Of a stretch of 64,000 bases of DNA, positions 8,641 through 18,082 are shown piece by piece. Source of the stretch: a virus. How positions within the stretch are numbered: the stretch's first letter is position 1; each line of letters opens with the position of its first letter. The stretch spans positions 1-64,000 of the IMG/VR virus record IMGVR_UViG_3300020711_000298; one strand, written 5' to 3'. The notes below the pieces were generated by a model that saw only the letters and a list, made by a program, of their open reading frames with translations, was not told the origin of the DNA and searched no databases. The position numbers were made by a program, and so were the translations under genes.

Positions 8641-10215
8641 ATGAATGAAGAAGTAAAAAAAATTATAGCCCAAGAATACATAAAATGTGCAACATCACCA
8701 GAACATTTTATGAAAAAATATTGCTTTATCCAACACCCACAACGTGGACGTGTTATATTTAACCTATATCCATTTCAGGGTAAAGTATTAAACTTATGGA
8801 AAGATAATCCATACTCAATAGTATTAAAATCAAGACAATTAGGTATTTCAACACTAGCAGCGGGTTATTCATTATGGTTAATGTTGTTTCATAAAGATAA
8901 AAATATATTATGTTTATCTAAAACACAAGAAACAGCTCGAAACATGGTAACTAAAGTTGCATTTATGTACGATAATTTACCATCATGGCTTAAAGTACCA
9001 TCTGATGAAAAAAATAAATTATCATTACGTTTATCAAATGGTTCTCAAATTAAAGCCAAATCATCCAATAGTGATGCTGCACGTTCAGAAGCAGTATCTT
9101 TACTAATAGTAGATGAGGCAGCGTTCATTGAAAATATTGATGAAACATGGGCATCTGCACAACAAACCCTAGCAACAGGTGGTGGAGCCATTGTTTTATC
9201 CACTCCTTACGGTACAGGTAATTGGTTCCATAAAACATGGGTATCAGCCGAAAATGCTGAAAACGATTTTTTACCAATCAGGTTACCTTGGTATGTTCAC
9301 CCTGAACGAGATGAAGCATGGAGAAAAAAACAAGATGAATTATTAGGTGATCCTAAATTAGCAGCTCAAGAATGTGATTGCGATTTTAATACATCAGGTG
9401 ATGTAGTATTTTATTCTGAATGGCTTGATTTTATAAAAGAAACTACAATACAAGAACCAGTAGAACGTAGAGGCGCTGATAAAAATCTATGGATATGGGA
9501 ACAACCAGATTATTCAAGAGATTATATGGTTGTAGCCGACGTTGCTAGAGGAGATGGTAAAGACTTTTCAGCATGTCATGTTATAGATATTACTTCAAAT
9601 ACACAAGTAGCAGAATATAAAGGACAATTACCTCCAAAAGATTTTGGATTTTTCTTAGTTGGTATAGCTACAGAATATAATCAAGCTTTACTTGTGATTG
9701 AGAACGCCTCTATCGGTTGGGCAACAATCGATGCTGTTTTAGAAAGAGGATATAATAATCTTTATTATTCTCCTAAATCAGACGCGTTAACTGTCGACTC
9801 ATACTTTAACAAATATGAAAATAATGACAATACAGTACCTGGTTTTACAATGTCTCTTAGAACACGTCCTTTAATAATTAATAAACTTAGAGAATATATT
9901 GGTGATAGATCTGTAACGATCAAATCTAAACGTTTACTTGAAGAAATGAAAGTATTTATTTGGAAAAACGGTAGAGCAGAAGCACAATCAGGTTACAATG
10001 ATGATTTAGTAATGCCTTTTGGTGTTGGCATGTATTTAAGAGACACATCATTAAAATTTAGACAACAAAGCCAAGATTTAACTAGAGCTACTTTAAATAA
10101 TTTTAGTAAATCTACTCCAACACAGCAAGGTGCATATTTCGCAACAGGTCGCGATAATCCTTACTATATAAACAATAAAGTTGGAGGAAAGGAAAATATT
10201 AGTTGGCTTTTTTAA
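8641..10215 (+). CDS. terL: Terminase large subunit (T4 gp17-like)
   Basis: LYPFQ Q-motif, KSRQLGIST Walker A, IVDEAAF Walker B, STPYG, ADVARGDGKD nuclease, NDDLVM. ATG 8641 preferred over TTG 8602. Confidence 0.95.
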   Translation: MNEEVKKIIAQEYIKCATSPEHFMKKYCFIQHPQRGRVIFNLYPFQGKVLNLWKDNPYSIVLKSRQLGISTLAAGYSLWLMLFHKDKNILCLSKTQETARNMVTKVAFMYDNLPSWLKVPSDEKNKLSLRLSNGSQIKAKSSNSDAARSEAVSLLIVDEAAFIENIDETWASAQQTLATGGGAIVLSTPYGTGNWFHKTWVSAENAENDFLPIRLPWYVHPERDEAWRKKQDELLGDPKLAAQECDCDFNTSGDVVFYSEWLDFIKETTIQEPVERRGADKNLWIWEQPDYSRDYMVVADVARGDGKDFSACHVIDITSNTQVAEYKGQLPPKDFGFFLVGIATEYNQALLVIENASIGWATIDAVLERGYNNLYYSPKSDALTVDSYFNKYENNDNTVPGFTMSLRTRPLIINKLREYIGDRSVTIKSKRLLEEMKVFIWKNGRAEAQSGYNDDLVMPFGVGMYLRDTSLKFRQQSQDLTRATLNNFSKSTPTQQGAYFATGRDNPYYINNKVGGKENISWLF

Positions 10216-10239
10216 TATTTATACGTATATTATAAAAAT

Positions 10240-12132
10240 ATGGCAGATACAAAAATATTTTCGCGATTAAAACGATTATTTTCAACAGATATAATCATTC
10301 GCAACGACGGTGGAAATCAATTAAAAGTTATGGATACTAATACTATCCAACAATCAGGACAATTTGCCACAAACGCATTAGTAGATAGATTTAATAGAAT
10401 TTATTCTATAAACGCATCATCATTATATGGTGCTCAATTTAATTTAAACTACCAATATTTAAGAACTCAAATATACTCAGATTATGATATTATGGACACA
10501 GATGCAATTATAGCATCTGCTTTAGATATTATATCTGAAGAATCTACATTAAAAAACGATATGGGTGAAGTGCTTCAAATTAGAAGCAGTAATGAAGATA
10601 TACAAAAAACTTTATATAATTTATTTTATGATGTTTTAAATATTGAATTTAACTTAAGCTGGTGGATTAGACAATTATGTAAATATGGTGATTTTTTCCT
10701 TAAACTAGAAATATCAGAAAAATTCGGTGTGTATAACGTTATCCCTATTACACCATACCATATTGAAAGAGAAGAAGGATATGATAAAGAAAACCCATTT
10801 TCTGTAAGATTTAGATACTCACCTGAAGGATTTTATAGTGGTATATCAGGTTATTATAATGTACCTAACTCATCAACTGATACTCCAGGAGTACATTTTG
10901 ATAATTACGAGATGGCTCACTTTAGACTATTATCTGATGTTAACTTTTTACCTTATGGTAGATCTTATATTGAGCCTGTTCGTAAACTATTTAAACAATA
11001 TACATTAATGGAAGATGCGATGTTAATTCATCGTATAGTTCGTTCTCCAGATAAACGTATATTTTATTTGAATATTGGTTCTATCCCACCAAGTGAAGTA
11101 GAAAATTTCATGCAGAAAACTATTTCTACAATGAAACGTACTCCATTTATGGATCAACAAACAGGTGATTATAATTTAAAATATAATGTTCAAAACTTAT
11201 TAGAAGATTATTTTATACCAGTTCGTGGTAATGACCAAACAACTAAAATAGATACATTACCTGGTTTACAATATGATGGTATTAAAGACGTAGAATATTT
11301 AAGAGATAAAATATTTGCTGGTTTAAGAATACCTAAAGCATTTATGGGTTATGAAAAAGATTTAACCGGTAAAGCAACGTTAGCCGCTGAAGATATTCGT
11401 TTTGCTCGTGGAATTGATAAAATCCAACGTATCGCTTTATCTGAATTATATAAAATAGCATTAGTTCACTTATATACTCAAGGTTATACAGCAGAACAAT
11501 TAACTAATTTTGAATTATCATTAACTACTCCTTCAATCATTTATGATCAAGAAAGAATAGCATTAATGAAAGAAAAAGTAGATTTAGCTAGATCAATAGC
11601 CGAAATAAAAATATTACCTACAGATTGGGTTTATCATAATATATTCCATTTATCTCAAGATCAATATGATGAATATAGAGATTTAGTTCTTGAAGATGCT
11701 AAACGTGAATTTAGATTAAATCAGCTTAAAGAAGAAGGTAATGATCCTAAAATAACCGGTAAATCTTATGGTACACCACATGATTTAGCAGCATTATATG
11801 GTAAAGGTCGAACATACAGTAATCCAGAAAATGTACCTGTTGGTTATAGTGATGATATAAAATTAGGTCGTCCTGAAGAAAAAGCATCAGATATTAATAC
11901 TCAAAATAATGCGTTAGGTAAAGATAGATTAGGTACAAATTCTATGAAAAATGATGACCAAGAAAAATATGGTTCACCAAATTATAAAGGTCATTCACCA
12001 TTAGCTCTTGAAACAGCTCAAATTATTTATTCTAAAAATAAAAGTTTAATTGAAAGTTTAAATAAATCTTCAAAATTTGTAAAAGACGAAGATAATAATG
12101 GACTTTTAAATGAAAACCAATTAAAAGATTAA
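10240..12132 (+). CDS. Portal protein (T4 gp20-like)
   Basis: LMEDAMLIHRIVRSPDKRIFY, EDYFIPVRG, IDTLPG, LRIPKA. Confidence 0.92.
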   Translation: MADTKIFSRLKRLFSTDIIIRNDGGNQLKVMDTNTIQQSGQFATNALVDRFNRIYSINASSLYGAQFNLNYQYLRTQIYSDYDIMDTDAIIASALDIISEESTLKNDMGEVLQIRSSNEDIQKTLYNLFYDVLNIEFNLSWWIRQLCKYGDFFLKLEISEKFGVYNVIPITPYHIEREEGYDKENPFSVRFRYSPEGFYSGISGYYNVPNSSTDTPGVHFDNYEMAHFRLLSDVNFLPYGRSYIEPVRKLFKQYTLMEDAMLIHRIVRSPDKRIFYLNIGSIPPSEVENFMQKTISTMKRTPFMDQQTGDYNLKYNVQNLLEDYFIPVRGNDQTTKIDTLPGLQYDGIKDVEYLRDKIFAGLRIPKAFMGYEKDLTGKATLAAEDIRFARGIDKIQRIALSELYKIALVHLYTQGYTAEQLTNFELSLTTPSIIYDQERIALMKEKVDLARSIAEIKILPTDWVYHNIFHLSQDQYDEYRDLVLEDAKREFRLNQLKEEGNDPKITGKSYGTPHDLAALYGKGRTYSNPENVPVGYSDDIKLGRPEEKASDINTQNNALGKDRLGTNSMKNDDQEKYGSPNYKGHSPLALETAQIIYSKNKSLIESLNKSSKFVKDEDNNGLLNENQLKD

Positions 12133-12174
12133 TATTTTTTAACATATTTAATATATTTATAAATAAACTCCTGG

Positions 12175-13032
12175 ATGAGAATCAAGCATTCAAAATACCG
12201 AAATACAGGCATATTATTTGAACTACTCGTTAGACAAATAACTTCTGATACTTTATCTGGTAAAGAATCAAAAGCAACCCCCATTTTAAAGAAATTTTTT
12301 GTTAAAACTGAATTAGGTAAGGAGTATAAATTGTACGAAACTTTACTAAGTAAAAAACATTTATCTGAAGGTAAAGCCGAAATAGTTATTAATACTATTA
12401 TAGAATCTTCTAGGTCATTGAATAGAAACTCATTAAAAAGACAAAAATATAATCTTATTAAAGAAATTTCTAGTCATTATAATATAGACGAATTTTTTAA
12501 AACTAAATTACCTAACTATAAAGCACAAGCAGCTTTATACACTTTATTAGAAATATATAATAGTGAAAACCTATCAAACCCAGACCAAATCATATCTAAC
12601 AAAATAGCTTTACTTGAAACATTAACTAATAGAATAGTAGATAAAAAACAAGTTGAAGATAATTTATTAGAAGAATTTAAATCATATGATAAAGATGTTC
12701 GTATATTAACATATAAAGTATTATTAGAGAAATTTAATGGTAAATATGCTAATTTAAATGAAAATCAAAAAGTAATTTTGAAAGAATTTATTAATTCAAT
12801 AGATTCTACACCTAAATTAAAAGAGTCTTATAATAATAGAGTTAATGAAATTAAAAATTCATTAATTAAATTAAATAAAAAAGTGACAGATAAAGCTGTT
12901 AAAATTAAAATAAATGAAGTTACTAATTTATTAACTGAATTAAACAAAACCGATAAAGTAGGAGATAATGATTTAGTTAATTTGTTACAATATTATGAAC
13001 TTTTAGAAGAATTAACTAAAATTCATGGATAA
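12175..13032 (+). CDS. Conserved head-module protein (unknown function)
   Basis: Helical 285 aa ORF between portal and protease, behind ATATTTAT motif. Confidence 0.6.
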   Translation: MRIKHSKYRNTGILFELLVRQITSDTLSGKESKATPILKKFFVKTELGKEYKLYETLLSKKHLSEGKAEIVINTIIESSRSLNRNSLKRQKYNLIKEISSHYNIDEFFKTKLPNYKAQAALYTLLEIYNSENLSNPDQIISNKIALLETLTNRIVDKKQVEDNLLEEFKSYDKDVRILTYKVLLEKFNGKYANLNENQKVILKEFINSIDSTPKLKESYNNRVNEIKNSLIKLNKKVTDKAVKIKINEVTNLLTELNKTDKVGDNDLVNLLQYYELLEELTKIHG

Positions 13033-13933
13033 TAATAAAGATATTAAAGTAGGTGATGTTACCTCATCTGGAGGTACTAAATATACTGTAACAGACATTG
13101 ACCCTGAAAGAAACCGCATAACTTGGGATATTAAAAAAACCCCAGATTATAGTACTACTTTTAAAAAATTTACTGAATTACGAAATTTTATAAAAAAGTT
13201 AAGTGCGTCTTTACCTGATGATCCTAAAATAAAAGAAATAGCTAAACAAACTGTTAAATTATTTAATGCTTTTAGGTATTACTTAAGAACTACTCATCCA
13301 AACGAATATGAGAAATTTAAAACTTTAGCTGAGGGTAAAATAAAACAACATTTAACTAAAAAAATTAAAGAAATAAGTGCAACTGGTACTGGTGCTAGTT
13401 TTACTCCAGGAAGTGGAGCTCAAATAGCAACACCATTTGCTTTTAATTCAAATAAACACGCTAAAGGCACTAAAAATAAATATTTTTATAAATTAGGATA
13501 TAAACTAGCTCCACATCAACCAGTAGAAGAATCTAATCCTGGCGCTTCGTTAGGTAAAGGTCCATCAGCTGGAAAATCGGGTGTAAAAAATAGCTATTAT
13601 ACTAAATTAGGATATAAAAATGTTAATCCAAAAAAATTAGCTAAAAATGCTAAATGGGTAGATACAAAATATTTATGGACAGAAAATAATAAATCATCTA
13701 ATTATATTGATTCATTAAATATCAAAAGCCCAAAACTAAAAAAATTCATTGAAAAACGCATTTCAGAATTCAATGAAATTGAAAATAAAATAGAAGAATT
13801 AAATCCATTGTTAAAGCAAGCAAAACAAAAAACAATGGAAGAATATAAACAAAATCCAAATTTCGCTATTATTTATAGTACGGATCTAGCGACAGATTAC
13901 ATGGATGATTTAATTAAAATGTTTAAAAATTAA
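13025..13933 (+). CDS. Head-module protein, probable internal/core protein
   Basis: Basic; duplicated KN.Y..KLGYK module; several L/I/V-x-E sites. Confidence 0.55.
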   Translation: MDNNKDIKVGDVTSSGGTKYTVTDIDPERNRITWDIKKTPDYSTTFKKFTELRNFIKKLSASLPDDPKIKEIAKQTVKLFNAFRYYLRTTHPNEYEKFKTLAEGKIKQHLTKKIKEISATGTGASFTPGSGAQIATPFAFNSNKHAKGTKNKYFYKLGYKLAPHQPVEESNPGASLGKGPSAGKSGVKNSYYTKLGYKNVNPKKLAKNAKWVDTKYLWTENNKSSNYIDSLNIKSPKLKKFIEKRISEFNEIENKIEELNPLLKQAKQKTMEEYKQNPNFAIIYSTDLATDYMDDLIKMFKN

Positions 13934-13944
13934 AATAAAATAAA

Positions 13945-14178
13945 ATGGCAAATATACCAGTAAATGCAATTGGAATATTATTAAGCGGATCATCATCAGT
14001 GACTGGTTCATTCGCTGGTTTTACAGTAGCACAAGCTGTTACTTTTACAGGATTAAAAGATGCTAATGGAAATAGTTTAGCAGGAGCAAGTGGATTAACT
14101 TTTGCTTCTGGATTTACTGTACCTCTATTTGTGACTAGTGCTTCAATATCATCTGGCGCAATAATATTATACCCTTAA
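13945..14178 (+). CDS. Small beta-rich virion protein (possible head decoration)
   Basis: 77 aa, Ser/Gly/Ala-rich with SGS/TGS/SAS motifs. Confidence 0.5.
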   Translation: MANIPVNAIGILLSGSSSVTGSFAGFTVAQAVTFTGLKDANGNSLAGASGLTFASGFTVPLFVTSASISSGAIILYP

Positions 14179-14191
14179 AAAACAATATAAA

Positions 14192-15835
14192 ATGAAAACA
14201 TTACAAGAACAATATAATCTCATTAGTGAAGGTAAAGGCAGTAAACAAGAGTTTTTAAAACAAGCTCGTTATTTATTTCCTGACCTTATTAATGTTTATA
14301 ATTCATATAACGATACAATTAATATCTTAAAAGATAAAAGAATATTAAATGAATCAAATGCGGGTTTAGGTATGGTATCTACACATAGTAGACGTGTTGA
14401 AGATTGGGTGTCTATATTTCAAGAATCAGTTAAAGCTGAAGAAAAGAAAACATCTAAAGAAGTAACCGATACTCAAAAACATAATTTTGACTATAAAGAC
14501 GTTAAAAACATCGATAATCTTTACGGTAATGCATTTTTAAACGGTTTCTATGTTGAAATGCAAGATCCAAAAAATCACAAAAAATCAGTTGATGAAGTTA
14601 AACAAATTGTAGCTAAAAATTTAGGTAAAGATTTTAATTATTACGCTAAAAATGCTCAATTTGGTATTAAAGGTATTGGATACACAGATGAAGCTCCAGG
14701 ATTAGGTGAACCTAAAGAACCAAAAGGTAAATACAAATCTAGCGGTTATGGTGATCTACCAAAAAAAAAGCTTAAGGAAAGTTTAAACGAAAATAAAAAA
14801 GAAAGAGAATTTATTAAACATCTTGAAGATTTAGCTAAAAAACATGGTTTAATTACTCCTGAGGAAGTTGAAGACGAAGATGCTAAAATACATGATAAAA
14901 TCATAAATGCTTTATATAACATATATGATAAAAAATTTTATAATAAAGAAACATTTACTGATACTGATTATAAATCAGCTTTAGATATGTTAGCCCATAA
15001 AATTAAAAGATCTTTAACTGAAGATAGCCAAGTTAAATTAAAACCTCAAGATATAAAAATTTTGGATGATATACGCAAAAATCACCCAAACGGAATAACA
15101 CCATCTAATTTCTTTAAAAAATACCCTAATATACCTGCAGCTTACTTATATAAATTTCTTGTAACATTAGCTAAAGAAAAATTACTAAATTTCCAATCAG
15201 GTAATAAAATACCTCCACATTCTATAGAAAATTTAATAGATAGCAGAAAAACACAAATAGCGAATGCATTAACACGTCCTGGTCATTTTAATGAAATTAC
15301 TGTTAATAATCCTAATGATAATTTTAAAGTAGATAAATCATATACTCACTTTGCTTTAGATAAAAAAGATAATAAAATATTAACAGGGTGGGAATATGAA
15401 AATACCGATCCTGAAGATATAAAATATTATTCTAAACAAGATTTAATAGATATGGATGTTAAACCATCTGATTATTCTATATTATCTGTAAAAGCATTAA
15501 AACAAAAAGGTATTAATCCATTTAGTTGGAGTAGTTGGAAAAAAAATAATGATATAAAAGAAAATACTGAACCAAATAATGATTTCAAAATAGATAAAAA
15601 ATATGCTCATTTCGCTTTAGATGAAAATGAAGAGGAAGATGATTATCTAGAGTTTTCTGATGGAGAAACTATAGTTTCTATGTTTAAAGATAGAGGTCAA
15701 TGGGTTGAAGGAAAAGTAATAGATGGAGAAAAACCATACGGCTGGGGAAGTAAAAAATATATGGGATATTTAAAACCTGATCAAATAGCTCAATATTTGA
15801 GAAGTGATTATGGTGGTAATTGGAAATCAATATAA
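14192..15835 (+). CDS. Modular internal head protein (candidate protease-processed polyprotein)
   Basis: N-terminus MKTLQEQYNLISE resembles the T4 capsid-targeting sequence; modules separated by L/I/F-x-E; adjacent to the protease gene. Confidence 0.55.
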   Translation: MKTLQEQYNLISEGKGSKQEFLKQARYLFPDLINVYNSYNDTINILKDKRILNESNAGLGMVSTHSRRVEDWVSIFQESVKAEEKKTSKEVTDTQKHNFDYKDVKNIDNLYGNAFLNGFYVEMQDPKNHKKSVDEVKQIVAKNLGKDFNYYAKNAQFGIKGIGYTDEAPGLGEPKEPKGKYKSSGYGDLPKKKLKESLNENKKEREFIKHLEDLAKKHGLITPEEVEDEDAKIHDKIINALYNIYDKKFYNKETFTDTDYKSALDMLAHKIKRSLTEDSQVKLKPQDIKILDDIRKNHPNGITPSNFFKKYPNIPAAYLYKFLVTLAKEKLLNFQSGNKIPPHSIENLIDSRKTQIANALTRPGHFNEITVNNPNDNFKVDKSYTHFALDKKDNKILTGWEYENTDPEDIKYYSKQDLIDMDVKPSDYSILSVKALKQKGINPFSWSSWKKNNDIKENTEPNNDFKIDKKYAHFALDENEEEDDYLEFSDGETIVSMFKDRGQWVEGKVIDGEKPYGWGSKKYMGYLKPDQIAQYLRSDYGGNWKSI

Positions 15836-15846
15836 ATAAAAATAAT

Positions 15847-16464
15847 ATGAAACAAGTATTAATAGAAACAATACCATTTAATATATCACCTAAACAACTA
15901 ACTGAAGGTATTAAAGCCCCATCGGGTAATCCCATGGTTGAAGGTATTTTAGCCACAGCTGAAGTTAAAAACGGGAATGGTAGATTTTACCCTAGAGAAA
16001 TTTGGGAACGTGAAATTAACAAATATGTAGAAAGTATAAAAGAAAACACAGCTACAGGTGAACTAGATCACCCGGATTCTACTGTTATTTCTTTAAAAAA
16101 TGTATCTCATATTATTAGAGAACTTTGGTGGGATGGAGATAAAATTATAGGTAAAATAGAAATACTACCAACTACATCAGGAAATATATTAAAAGCACTT
16201 ATTGAAAATAACGTTAAAGTAGGTGTATCATCTCGTGGTATGGGTAGTTTAAAACCAATAGATGAAAACACAATGGAAGTACAAGATGATTTTGCTTTAC
16301 TTTGTTGGGATTTTGTTTCAACACCTTCAAACCCAGGTTCATGGATGAATACAGTTAAAGAAGGACTAAATGAAGGACTAAATCCAAAACAAAGCCCATA
16401 TTTTAAAATAAATTCAATACTTACAGATATATTATGTGCCAACGGCACTTGCCCTATATTCTAA
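15847..16464 (+). CDS. Prohead core protease (T4 gp21-like)
   Basis: NGNGRFYP, GELDHP, VSHII, GVSSRGMGS, DFVSTPS. Confidence 0.93.
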   Translation: MKQVLIETIPFNISPKQLTEGIKAPSGNPMVEGILATAEVKNGNGRFYPREIWEREINKYVESIKENTATGELDHPDSTVISLKNVSHIIRELWWDGDKIIGKIEILPTTSGNILKALIENNVKVGVSSRGMGSLKPIDENTMEVQDDFALLCWDFVSTPSNPGSWMNTVKEGLNEGLNPKQSPYFKINSILTDILCANGTCPIF

Positions 16465-16506
16465 AATCAAGCAATACCACCCTATAGTCTCAGTATTATA
16501 GGTTTG

Positions 16507-16538
16507 ATCCTAACCCCGTAAGGTTAGGATTTTTTTTT
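16507..16538 (+). terminator. Intrinsic terminator after protease
   Basis: ATCCTAACC-CCGTAA-GGTTAGGAT followed by a T run. Confidence 0.85.
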
Positions 16539-16678
16539 ACTTTTGCGATTTTACGATCCTTCCATATATGTATAAGAGAATATGCAATTCCCTATATTGC
16601 ATCGCACTAACTAATCTTATTACGCTTCCTTTTATCCCCTAATAAGCGTATTTCCAAAACAAAAATTTGAGGAAAATT

Positions 16679-18049
16679 ATGGCAACAAACAGAGATTTGC
16701 TAAAACAAGCCATTGCTGATGCTAAAACAATTAAAGAAACAGCTATCACCAATGCAAAAGCCGCTCTTGAAGAATCATTTGCCCCTTACCTAAGAGAAAA
16801 ATTAGCTGCTAAACTAGCTGAAATGGACGAAATGGATGAGGAAATGGATGAATCTAAAGAGATGGAAGAAGGTAAAAACCTAAAAGATTCAGGTTACATC
16901 AAATCAGCTAAACATCAAGCTATGAAGAACAACCATTACAAAGTTGAAATGGATGAAAACATGGATGAAGAAATGGATGAAAACATGGATGAAAACTATG
17001 AGGAAATGGACGAAAACAAAGCTACAAAAGCAACTGAAAAAGAAACAGATTACAGAAAAGTAGCAAGACATCAAGCTATGAAGAATAGCCGTTACAAGAC
17101 CGAATTAGATGAAACTATGGATGAAGAAATGGATGAAAACTACGACATGGATGAAAACATGGACGAAGCTAAAAATCCAAAAGATTCAGGCTACACTAAA
17201 ACAGCCAAATATCAAGCCATGAAAAACAGTCATTATGAAACTGAAATGGATGAAACTAAAACCATGGATGAAGAATTAGATGAACTTTTAAGAGAACTAG
17301 ACATGGACGAAGAAATGGATGAAAACATGGATGAAGTAATCAACGACCCTAAAGGTAACGGCGCTCACGGTAACGTAGCTCCAAATGGCCATTCAGACAC
17401 TGATCTAATGGAAGCTAAAGGTGAAGATGATGAAGAAGAAATCAACATCGAAGATATGTCTGAAGAAGATCTTAAAGAATTCATTGAAGAAGTAATTCAT
17501 GAAATGGTTGAAGCTGGTGAATTAGAAGCTGGTCATGAAGGTATGGAAGAAGAACCAGGCTATGAAGGTGAAGAAGGTGAAGAAGAAGTTAAAATGGATG
17601 AACTTTTAGACGAACTTAAAAAGAAAAAAACAGAAAAAGAAGAGTCTAAAATGAAAAAAGAAATGGATGAAATGAAAAAAGAATTAGATGAAGCTTACAG
17701 AGCATTAGCTCAAGTTAAATCTGATCTTAACGAAGCTAATCTATTAAGTTCAAAACTTCTTTACGTTAACAAAATCTTCAAAGCTAAAAACTTAACTGAA
17801 TCTCAAAAGGTTAAAGTATTAAATGCTTTTGATAAAGCAAAAAATAAAAATGAAGCTAAATTAGTTTACGAAACAGTATTAGGAAACTTAAACACACAAT
17901 CAACTAAATCTCCTATGAATGAATCAGTAAGAAGTATCGCTTCAAAAGTTATAACTGGTAATAGTATACAAAATACTAAAAAACCAATCATTGAAGTTAA
18001 TTCAGCTTTCGCAAGAATGCAACAATTAGCTGGTATTAAAAAGAAATAA
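16679..18049 (+). CDS. Prohead scaffolding/core protein (gp22-like)
   Basis: Located between protease and capsid; highly acidic MDE repeats; coiled coil; ends FARMQQLAGI. Confidence 0.8.
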   Translation: MATNRDLLKQAIADAKTIKETAITNAKAALEESFAPYLREKLAAKLAEMDEMDEEMDESKEMEEGKNLKDSGYIKSAKHQAMKNNHYKVEMDENMDEEMDENMDENYEEMDENKATKATEKETDYRKVARHQAMKNSRYKTELDETMDEEMDENYDMDENMDEAKNPKDSGYTKTAKYQAMKNSHYETEMDETKTMDEELDELLRELDMDEEMDENMDEVINDPKGNGAHGNVAPNGHSDTDLMEAKGEDDEEEINIEDMSEEDLKEFIEEVIHEMVEAGELEAGHEGMEEEPGYEGEEGEEEVKMDELLDELKKKKTEKEESKMKKEMDEMKKELDEAYRALAQVKSDLNEANLLSSKLLYVNKIFKAKNLTESQKVKVLNAFDKAKNKNEAKLVYETVLGNLNTQSTKSPMNESVRSIASKVITGNSIQNTKKPIIEVNSAFARMQQLAGIKKK

Positions 18050-18082
18050 ATAATAATTTAAAAACTAAAAAACACAATTAAA

